Shown in pieces: positions 52,701 through 59,669 of a stretch of DNA of 64,000 bases (the stretch's first letter is position 1; every line of letters begins with the position of its first letter). Origin of the DNA: a virus. Location: IMG/VR virus record IMGVR_UViG_3300027746_000016, positions 30,966-94,965 of that record, one strand, 5' to 3'. Both the position numbers and the translations under genes were made by a program. The notes beneath the pieces are model-generated. The model worked only from the letters and a program-made list of their open reading frames with translations, was not told the origin of the DNA and did no database searches.

Positions 52701-52920
52701 TTCTCCAATTATAAATGATACCTTTGTTAATACTAAGTTTATTAATTTTTCTCAGGTGTCATATGATAATTTAGTAAGTAACGGATATGCACTAGACTCA
52801 AATTTTATTCAAATAAATAACACAGGTTCCGCAATATTAACTGGCTCAATACCAACTGGCTTAATACCAAATGGCTCAGGATTTAGCGTAGTTCCAAAAT
52901 TAAAAATTAACTATATTTAA
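46777..52920 (+). CDS. Very large putative virion structural protein (2047 aa)
   Basis: Uninterrupted ORF with TTG start in the late cluster; Thr-tract insertion. Confidence 0.6.
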   Translation: MSTNISYTKLADRNVSFGLIRTNPKLTSNVKLTVDSAGDLWLNSIDATNELANRKYKKFRVNPNSNHPVNIYKFYDYGNTPSNISFALGSTINTDSVASNLKDQYDFDLYSSGAKYLTSRLYDEKFSYFAPLYLDKVLPEYFVIFKIPGASNYTVGEWKSKLADPNFSKSDFALDLFKNAKAVETILIDETTNIGKYIRRIQLDKQYNKNPLYINFKNDANSTYRGLSITSGTYTEIPLLLNLNRSIPQLRLEKNIISGFENNNLIYPRILNLEFLFNDLISPEYEINRYFGIYCNSIDLEEFDIDIPAMYNATEDNLNSLMTIYKQSDTISYNLTNQNGVVLRGTNVESDLSYLNSALSNKDLLYFPYLKTKDRELHLLNIKAPNYSIPTFSQTGQTVIFSVDDTSFDIGKTFGAGDLFSQEPAVKYSLDTRAAVSITINSIPAHLDVLRIYHPAGSIFNNSESHSKYDDIVFVNNYFTSVDTKYSLEYPTISIVNFNTSDPNSGSPTFSPNTSELIGTQYKSSINGSKWIWNGNSYIPGVLGSRIYVNINNAEINSVGFTDLTQLAQTIATIVNNFTNTTLLGSSITNSVFIQVSEPGHSYPDLAIKYISPTSRIYINGKNTADIVYADGGFAKMNQPVISFANIENIKAELPNIIVKTATDWSKINRICNSTSILNSKLTESTLSNYLNTATLILEDNEEVQITYNSIELRKIVKPKLGILSMFEIKDFNFEYHSTQYSKIPEIDLYQYYYIPKDIAILDFTKYVYRAIGSGIILVNETQYTISVGSTQYISQSLLGLHKYSVLSGNVILIQTNLIPQNQAAQRLDIAILDQDQNFQNFTGFFGFGADHSAPDPNSTTYQYKEKFKTNNLISEYAAYLENYSTEFANDSKIIPYISKWGIIDSTDARGNPYRLNSDILFGKDNFGPSHREKSPNAEKLTHEWFYIESDFNYSSNIDLLKENYYYFNSPLDINLLISEASYFEKYFTYVPTLDNIELDFPQFRYSKLMNNSFSRQYNTLFNGIQFKFSELDKEGLVLPGTTRFEDYNFSILLKPVPEDLINPQSPIKYRVIENINAKSILILIEVALGDISKISNELLSIPTDSDFARDNRVDQSNILTGNGLITEDQISSFQIDTIVDVTSPDPVKKLYTNNYYLDLIEAFTGATVTDAITGESIVNDRVNGVYVPKAGETALVKYTDTHSIILAFSESKLFNEIESGNITNGSVNNKNLDQKFDTSKILPAYISTAISPGIYGPSNLPLPEPKSVIYLVKVVDYRSIGFPPTLTGLSKLNLNIVKPALLSIFGDYRISFNSNGVSNLTYAFLYAATDKKYNTTASAFSTVKLAVGVDLSPGSMKLTENGYFIPGANLKNLPKNYFKLEEFINPSSASHSTLTTPTNGDIAPLPAFSPLMFINSIGEISILLKTSAEFNNNLTNTSLDISRSGATTHALKTVNNNLLIIDSPTVIYDILSEVIPSITSGTTTTTTLAGGVTTTTTTVISQLNLAINYVGQSVITKSFTLPSKFKIGDIVKIYAIAQPTVHYLIGAVTSVTETVSNSGNFYKLTVSVRSQTTANTSHVPDWGITCTQNIIVLKPAVVTNASTGVNQITLNKSNFPSGSSPEWLLNTQQFQLFGGKNYFLNLFKNLSFANFSELLLNNSDLISFESYMDGKLLPGKQIQISIEQADQVNKTTIISTGPEFVQTASQQLMGGVIHKESVSIPYEIFRYSGEYDIVYKPVSGFKFNSKLGSTDLSAANVFFNTEIKNFFTIPEFYLVKYAESKILDFEDSDTYLPVYPLINESPIDKTSYNTLSSSWDFNYHRLYTTKTDYTLIPGSRRITEDYSFVSKLINLPMSLTAESFNAVQVTTTNFEITDAQFKQLTVNGQAVDIIYATFQNEIRLKINLELIISKALITNGLRFQFNKFFRKDGNSILTTDPLVFGTLTQEQYLLNYCKDNLSKLYTLDLAEFYIKGINSPIINDTFVNTKFINFSQVSYDNLVSNGYALDSNFIQINNTGSAILTGSIPTGLIPNGSGFSVVPKLKINYI

Positions 52921-55319
52921 TGGCAATAAACATCAACCTAAAAGAAGTATTTTCAAACGATAGTGCTGGAGACATTTCATCTAAATTAAATTTTAATTTT
53001 AATCAGCTGCTTGCACTAGGTGTAGGCCAAGGCGGTCTACCTGGAGAAACTGGATCAAGCGGTTCAGCTGGACCAATTGGACCAACTGGCCTGCCTGGAA
53101 CAAATGGTCCAGTGATTTGGTCATCTACTAGTGGATCAACCTCAGCGCTAGGAGCAAGCTCGCCTGCAAATTCAGTAGTTGGCGACTATTACATTAGCGA
53201 TACTGCGATTTATAAAAAAAATGAAGCTGGTACAAATTGGGAAGTTATTACAAATTTTAGTAATATATTTAATGCAGTTTCGGTAGCCGGCACAGTCTCA
53301 TGGCAAACTGGCATAAACAGTTCTGCTATTTCTAGACTTATTGTAAATACTAGAAATTCAAATGGCATTGACCGAATTACTACTCTTGGAACCAGCGGAA
53401 ACTATACTACAAATTTTCCAAATTGGAAAGCCTCAGACGCTACTTCTCAAAATTCACAAGCTACACTTTTTAATTTTGATGCAAATACCGTAAAATATTA
53501 TATTGCAGGTAGTGCTGATACTAATGGATATACGGTTACGCCGACTACCCTTAGGGCAGGTAATGCATTAACCGATGAGGTTTTTCCGTATACTTCACTA
53601 CTTTCTCTATATTCATTTTTTAATAGCGCAGATGCACCAACCGAATCAAGTCAATATTCTGGAAATATTGGATATAGACATCAACTTGAATTAGGGTCAG
53701 TTGACGAATTGACTGAGGGTTTACATGGAACTGCTGGTACAAGTTCAACCTATGTAGTAAGTCCAACCTATCAAAATTTAAGAATTAGAAAATATAGAAT
53801 GGCAGATACTAGTGGAAGTTTTGGTGGAAATAGTGTTATTCTAACTGATTTTAATCTACATGCAGCGGATGGAATAACTACACCAGCCCTAACCTCAAAA
53901 ATGAAATGGAGAGTTAATAAAAAAACCTCTGCAACTAATAGTACAGGTTCAGTAATTACCATGACGTTAAATCCTGGAATAACTGAGGCTAGTGCAAGCG
54001 ATAGCATTAAAACAAGTTCAATTTCTGGAGTTGATGGTATTCATTTAGTATCTAGCGAAGGCCCATTTAAATTAGCAATAGGGTTTGACTCAACTAATAT
54101 TGCTAATAGTACAAAAAAGGCTATAATTAGTTCAGACGGTACAGACACCTTAACTTCAATTACATTTGCTAAATTACCAATTACTGTAACCAATTCATCT
54201 GCTAATATTACATTGGCGACTACTGGAATTACCTCAAATTCAGCTATTACAATTTCATCAACTGCTACCCCAGGTGCAGGCACTGATAGTATAGTACTAA
54301 GCACAAATAGTGGCGGCGATATAGGTTTATATTCTGGGACAAGCGGTAACTCTATTAGAATTGGAGGAACTAAGGCCAATCCAGCAATTACTATTTTAAA
54401 TACCAGATTAGCAAGTGCCATTCCATTTGCAACCTCTACTGGTACAGTTCCTACCTATTCAAGCAGTGATGCAAATACTCTCGACGAATATCAGGAAGGT
54501 ACATTTGTGCCAACAATTAGCTATTTATACAATGGCAGCCCTAAGGCTCTAAGAACAAGCGGCTCTGGTGTATTAAGTGCAAATTCTCCAACTATTAGTC
54601 AAAACTATGGAATTTATACAAAAATTGGAAAATTAATTCAATTTACACTTAAATTTTCAATATCAAATTGGTACATCAATAATACTTCATCTTTAGCCCC
54701 GAGCGATGACAATCCAGCCGGTGGTGCACAGGCTCCGCTTAATGCATTTACCTCATATGATAATATTGATGCATTAGATGTTGGAAATATTGCGAATGAT
54801 ACACCATCTGGTACTTGGCATCACTATTACGGTCGAGAACAATATCAACTTGCAATATCTGGAATACCAAATCATTTTCCTGATCTTAACGGAACTGGCC
54901 AAAGCGGCTATGGAACAGCAGATATGCAATTTAAGGTTTCATTAAATCCAAGAAATACTTCAAATACAGCCGCGTGTATTAGAACCTTCCCAATGGACTA
55001 TTCTTTTGGAGGAACGGGCGGAGTTGGAACAAGTGGCAAGTCAACTCATCCATTTGAAGCGATTGATCCATCTTCTATTTATGCAAAAATTGTTAGAACT
55101 GATCAGGGAACTCAAAATGTTTATCCTGAACTTAGACTATATGGTAATCGTAAAAGTTATTCTGCAAATCCTACCCTTTTAAATAACGTAAGTGGAATAC
55201 GCTCAAACGTATCAATTTATGATTTTTTAACCATTAATAATCAATCAGAAGCCAACGGTAATACAATTGATGTTGTTATAAGCGGTAGTTATTTAACTGG
55301 GCATACGCAAGCCGTTTAA
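52920..55319 (+). CDS. Tail fibre-like protein with short collagen-like segment
   Basis: D..SKLNFNF N-terminus, (GXY)n GLPGETGSSGSAGPIGPTGLPGTNGP, DANTLDEYQEGTFVP fibre motif. Confidence 0.7.
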   Translation: MAININLKEVFSNDSAGDISSKLNFNFNQLLALGVGQGGLPGETGSSGSAGPIGPTGLPGTNGPVIWSSTSGSTSALGASSPANSVVGDYYISDTAIYKKNEAGTNWEVITNFSNIFNAVSVAGTVSWQTGINSSAISRLIVNTRNSNGIDRITTLGTSGNYTTNFPNWKASDATSQNSQATLFNFDANTVKYYIAGSADTNGYTVTPTTLRAGNALTDEVFPYTSLLSLYSFFNSADAPTESSQYSGNIGYRHQLELGSVDELTEGLHGTAGTSSTYVVSPTYQNLRIRKYRMADTSGSFGGNSVILTDFNLHAADGITTPALTSKMKWRVNKKTSATNSTGSVITMTLNPGITEASASDSIKTSSISGVDGIHLVSSEGPFKLAIGFDSTNIANSTKKAIISSDGTDTLTSITFAKLPITVTNSSANITLATTGITSNSAITISSTATPGAGTDSIVLSTNSGGDIGLYSGTSGNSIRIGGTKANPAITILNTRLASAIPFATSTGTVPTYSSSDANTLDEYQEGTFVPTISYLYNGSPKALRTSGSGVLSANSPTISQNYGIYTKIGKLIQFTLKFSISNWYINNTSSLAPSDDNPAGGAQAPLNAFTSYDNIDALDVGNIANDTPSGTWHHYYGREQYQLAISGIPNHFPDLNGTGQSGYGTADMQFKVSLNPRNTSNTAACIRTFPMDYSFGGTGGVGTSGKSTHPFEAIDPSSIYAKIVRTDQGTQNVYPELRLYGNRKSYSANPTLLNNVSGIRSNVSIYDFLTINNQSEANGNTIDVVISGSYLTGHTQAV

Positions 55320-56110
55320 ACCTTTAATTTAAATGGAATGCTCTTTTGCTTTTCCAATAGTCTATGGAAATCTAACAGAGCATTTGCATCAAAGCCATGC
55401 AACTGATTCATAATTCGATTTAATAAAATTGTATCTTTTGCTAAATAAATTCGGTTTATTGGATCTATATTAAGTCCGCCGCCAATTACCATTACATTTT
55501 TATCAGGATCAAAATCGTTAAGTAGTGGCATCTCTTTTAATAGTCGGTCTTTAAATTTATTTTCTTTTAAATTAGGTAATTTAATAGTTTTCATTACTGA
55601 TACCGAATATCCAAGATTTCTAGTACTTTTTAAATTTAACTTAATAATTTCATAGTGATCTGGCTCAAGCGTTTTACACACTAAATAAACCCGGTCTTGA
55701 TTATGAATCCAGGAATTATTAAAATAAAAATGTATTTTTTCTAAACTTAATATCTGTTTCTCTAAATATTCAGTCATTGTCTCTGCTAAAATTAACGAAG
55801 TTTCTTTGATAATTTCTTTACCTAGACTATCTGTCTTTTGAGAAAGCTGGGAAATAACTGATAATAAATTAATATTTGTATTAACCACATTAAGACCAGA
55901 ATCATATAATTTACCATCTGATATAATTGTATTAATGTTTAAATAGTGAAAAACAATTTCATAAAAATTATCAAATTTTCCAAGTTCTAGATTTTTAAGA
56001 TATGCCTGTTTTGCCCCAAGAAGAAGATATGTATAATATTCAAGGTCGACTTTATATGCTTGACAGATCCAGGTAGGGTCAAGTATTTGTTTAGGGTTTA
56101 GAGATTTCAT
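55316..56110 (-). CDS. Hypothetical protein (start reassigned to ATG 56110, MKSLNPKQ)
   Basis: ATAAATA at 56131-56137 on the minus strand precedes this ATG; the longer start would overlap the divergent gene. Confidence 0.65.
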   Translation of the reverse strand: MKSLNPKQILDPTWICQAYKVDLEYYTYLLLGAKQAYLKNLELGKFDNFYEIVFHYLNINTIISDGKLYDSGLNVVNTNINLLSVISQLSQKTDSLGKEIIKETSLILAETMTEYLEKQILSLEKIHFYFNNSWIHNQDRVYLVCKTLEPDHYEIIKLNLKSTRNLGYSVSVMKTIKLPNLKENKFKDRLLKEMPLLNDFDPDKNVMVIGGGLNIDPINRIYLAKDTILLNRIMNQLHGFDANALLDFHRLLEKQKSIPFKLKV

Positions 56111-56130
56111 AAAGTAACCCAGTTTATTAT

Positions 56131-56171
56131 TATTTATTTGAGAGGTATTTCCGGTAACACTGGGATAAATA
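56131..56171. promoter_or_regulatory. Divergent pair of late promoter cores
   Basis: TATTTAT at 56131-56137 (minus) and ATAAATA at 56165-56171 (plus). Confidence 0.55.
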
Positions 56172-56188
56172 ACAAAAAGATGGTTTAA

Positions 56189-58258
56189 ATGCAAATTGTA
56201 GCTTATAAAATAATACCAGACGTATCTAAAAATTCAATTAGTTTCAGTAAAAATTACAGGATTTTTTCAACCGGAGAACCATTAGAGCAGGCAATTCAAA
56301 TAACTGGGTTTGTTGATGATATTGACTTGGGTTCAGCCAATTCAACCTACCTTATTAGAAAATTAAGATATTCAACAGATAAGGCCAACTGGTCGCTATG
56401 GTATTCATTTACTGAAGACAATTTAACTAATTTAACAGATTTAGCATTCTCAGAATCTAATATTTTCTTTGAGGTTAAATATGAATATGACGACTCTACG
56501 TATAGTGCAATCACAACCCCATTAGCTGTAAATGAAATAAAAATTAGAGTTAAGAGTTCTAAAATACAGGCTGATTTATTTACACCAACCACATATTGTT
56601 CATCAGAACAGTGTCCGGCCCTAATTGCCGAACGTGAAGCAAGCTTTAAACCATATGAAATTAATACAGCAATCGGAATTGCTCATGAATTAAGCTTTCA
56701 AACCAATAAATTATTTGGGCATGAGGTTATCTATTTTAAAACTGAGCCAGATAGAGAAGGAACTGATTTTATATTTAAAGAATATACCTTATTTAAAACA
56801 ACAGACCGCCAGTGTATTAAAATACTGGTACCTGACAATAAATTCCCAGATAATAAGCCGAACTTTACTGATTTTGGAGTTGATTTTGCAATGGATGTAC
56901 CATTTGAAATTCATATTGATAATACCTATTTTCAAATGATTTTTGGAAAAAAGTCTCAGCCTAGAAAACGCGACTACATATTTATTCCATTGGTAAATAG
57001 AATGTACGAAATACAGGGTTCATATCTATATAGAGGATTTGGACTAGAGCCAATCTATTGGAAAATCCAACTGGTTAAATTTAATCCAAATATTGATATG
57101 TTTATGAAAGCCGCAGATCGAACGTTTTTAGATAATATTATTGTATCGACTGAGCAATTATTTGGAGCAGAGGCTGAAGTTCAGAAAAAAGATGCACTTA
57201 ACAAACAGCAATTTTCTACTATTTCTACCAAGTTTGATGAATCCAGACAAAGATTACACCCAGACATAAAAAATAAAATTTTAGATATTACTTTTAACTA
57301 TTCTCCACTAATTGAATATTATTATGACCTGAGCGGAGTATTGCCTGCACTCGTTAATTATACATTAACCGAATCTGCATCGTCCTCTGCTCAAATATTG
57401 ACAACAACCTCTCCATATGAAGTTTATGCATATGAATCCAGTAATATTTTTAGTAATTGGCTATCAAACAATTTGGTTACTGGTGATGCTGCTGTAATTA
57501 ATGCAACCCAAAATGCGGTAATTAAAATGAATGGCCCAAAAGATTCATTTACTGCTTCTGGTAAATATGTAGTGGTTGAGGGTTATAAAAACCTTGGCCT
57601 AAAATCAACTGAGCGTAGAAATTTAGTAGCCACGGCTAATGTAATTCAACTTAAGCAGGCTGAGCATGCAATTGTCTATAAAAAGCCAGCCTCAACTACT
57701 GATACTCCAAATATGACATTTAGCGCAATTGTTAACTTTAATAGGGTTGCCCAGAATGTGATATTTTTTAGAGGATATGATGATTATACACAAAAAGGAT
57801 TAGTCATCTCAGGCACAATTGTAGATAACTCAGGTGTACCTAATCTAACCATTTATGTCAAAATAAATGAAACTCAATATTCATTTCCAGTAGGTAATAT
57901 TGAATATTTAAAATGGTATCCACTAATTGTTCCAATTTCATCTGAATTTAATCAACTTGAGGTTAATATGTACTCCCTAAGACAGGACCCTGCGAATATT
58001 AAAAACTTTAATAAAATTCTTCCAGTGTATTCACATTATGTAAAAACTCAAGCCTTTGCTTTTAATACAACTTCATCTTGGTCAATTCCTAGTGCTAATT
58101 ATTCAATTGCAAATATTAGACTATTTAATACAATGATCCAGACTGAAGATCATGAATTTATTGTAAGTCAACTGTTTATTAGGGATGAATCTGTTCTTTC
58201 AATAATTGATAATGCCCGACCTAGATTAAATATTCCATTTATTGGAATTAATAGATAA
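56189..58258 (+). CDS. Neck/head-completion protein (T4 gp14-like core) with extra N- and C-terminal domains
   Basis: LFGHEVIYF, FG.DF, QPRKRDYIFIPLVNRMYEI resemble gp14; beta-rich LamG-like C-terminus. Confidence 0.55.
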   Translation: MQIVAYKIIPDVSKNSISFSKNYRIFSTGEPLEQAIQITGFVDDIDLGSANSTYLIRKLRYSTDKANWSLWYSFTEDNLTNLTDLAFSESNIFFEVKYEYDDSTYSAITTPLAVNEIKIRVKSSKIQADLFTPTTYCSSEQCPALIAEREASFKPYEINTAIGIAHELSFQTNKLFGHEVIYFKTEPDREGTDFIFKEYTLFKTTDRQCIKILVPDNKFPDNKPNFTDFGVDFAMDVPFEIHIDNTYFQMIFGKKSQPRKRDYIFIPLVNRMYEIQGSYLYRGFGLEPIYWKIQLVKFNPNIDMFMKAADRTFLDNIIVSTEQLFGAEAEVQKKDALNKQQFSTISTKFDESRQRLHPDIKNKILDITFNYSPLIEYYYDLSGVLPALVNYTLTESASSSAQILTTTSPYEVYAYESSNIFSNWLSNNLVTGDAAVINATQNAVIKMNGPKDSFTASGKYVVVEGYKNLGLKSTERRNLVATANVIQLKQAEHAIVYKKPASTTDTPNMTFSAIVNFNRVAQNVIFFRGYDDYTQKGLVISGTIVDNSGVPNLTIYVKINETQYSFPVGNIEYLKWYPLIVPISSEFNQLEVNMYSLRQDPANIKNFNKILPVYSHYVKTQAFAFNTTSSWSIPSANYSIANIRLFNTMIQTEDHEFIVSQLFIRDESVLSIIDNARPRLNIPFIGINR

Positions 58259-58270
58259 ATACTATAAGAT

Positions 58271-59623
58271 ATGTATACTGATATAAACAAGCGAAACCTA
58301 TTTGAAAATGTAAATCTTGGATTTGAATTCGAGTTTTTTTCACCAACTAGTAGAAAAGAACTTTCTGAAAAATTAACTAAATATCTTGGTAAAAAGGTAG
58401 AATGGTCTGAATCATATCATTCACGTCAACCGGTATCTCAAAACGTATTTAAAATTGAACCTGATTTTTCAGGCGGATTTAAAATGAATGAGCTTATTAC
58501 TGGAGTAATGCCGTATAATGAAGCAATTCATGTAATGTTTAAGGTTTTTAATTTTATTGCAGAACATGGATTTACCAGTGAAAGAACAGGAATTCATATT
58601 AATATTTCATTAAATGAGGATGCTTTAGAGCTAAAAAGTAAATTACAGACCCTAAATGTATTTAAATATATTTTAAATTTAGATGAGGCTAAAATATTTG
58701 AAATGTGGCCATCTGCGAAATCTAGGACCCAAAGAATTTATAAAAACTCAGTATTAAATATTTATCCAAAAACTAAATTTATTGCTGAAAAAAGTTTGCT
58801 ATATTCTGGTCCAGCAAATCCCAGTAATTTTAACCTACCACATTCTAAATATTTTGGTCTAAATTTTACAAAGTTATCAAATAATTATCTTGAAGTTAGA
58901 TATGCAGGCGGTGAAGGTTATCAAAATAAACGAAAAGAGTCAGTTGACCTAATTAACTATATAGCAGAGAGTCTCTATTCAGTTTTACAAACCAATAATG
59001 AATACTCAGTAAATGAAACCCGAAAAATAAATGATATATTAAAGGTTCATACTGATTTAATAAATTCAGTTAAAACATTTGAAGGATTTAAGAGATCATA
59101 TCCTGAACTTGAACTATATATTGACTTAAGAGATGATCCTCGAATTGTTGAAGCTAACTATGCCAATGTTAAAGAAAAAATATTTGAGTTAATTACAACT
59201 GGTAATCTCCGAAAAGGCTTAATTAATTATGATACTTCGGCCCAACGCCTTCAATTAAAGGACTCAAAACTAAAAGAGGGATTTTCAATTAATAATATTG
59301 ATTTTATAAATTGTTCAATTGAAGGAGAAATCACAAATTGTAACCTATTTGGTAGTAAAGTAAGATCATCACATATTAGAGAGTGTAAGATTATAACCGG
59401 TAATGATATACGATATTGTTATATTAAAAATTGTCAATTTGAAAGAGATGGAGTTAACCGAATTGACCTTACCTATATTAAAAGTAAACCTGAATATCCT
59501 ATTTATGCTGATTTAAATGAGTGTATTATTAGATCAGGCACGCTTGGTTTAAACTGTAAAGTTGATTCAAAAACAGAATTTATAAAAGCATATACACCAT
59601 CCAATAATTCAGATAAGTTATAA
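58271..59623 (+). CDS. Putative amidoligase (COOH-NH2 ligase type 2) with C-terminal beta-helix-like repeats
   Basis: GFEFEF, IEPDFS, ELITG, TGIHINIS, KYFGLNF, LEVRYAGG; NCSIEGEITNCNLFGSKVRSSHIRECKI repeats. Confidence 0.72.
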   Translation: MYTDINKRNLFENVNLGFEFEFFSPTSRKELSEKLTKYLGKKVEWSESYHSRQPVSQNVFKIEPDFSGGFKMNELITGVMPYNEAIHVMFKVFNFIAEHGFTSERTGIHINISLNEDALELKSKLQTLNVFKYILNLDEAKIFEMWPSAKSRTQRIYKNSVLNIYPKTKFIAEKSLLYSGPANPSNFNLPHSKYFGLNFTKLSNNYLEVRYAGGEGYQNKRKESVDLINYIAESLYSVLQTNNEYSVNETRKINDILKVHTDLINSVKTFEGFKRSYPELELYIDLRDDPRIVEANYANVKEKIFELITTGNLRKGLINYDTSAQRLQLKDSKLKEGFSINNIDFINCSIEGEITNCNLFGSKVRSSHIRECKIITGNDIRYCYIKNCQFERDGVNRIDLTYIKSKPEYPIYADLNECIIRSGTLGLNCKVDSKTEFIKAYTPSNNSDKL

Positions 59624-59637
59624 TACGATTAGCAATA

Positions 59638-59644
59638 ATAAATA
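59638..59644 (+). promoter_or_regulatory. Late promoter core ATAAATA
   Basis: 25 nt upstream of the GTG at 59670. Confidence 0.55.
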
Positions 59645-59669
59645 AAGAAAAAGATACCAATTAATAAAC

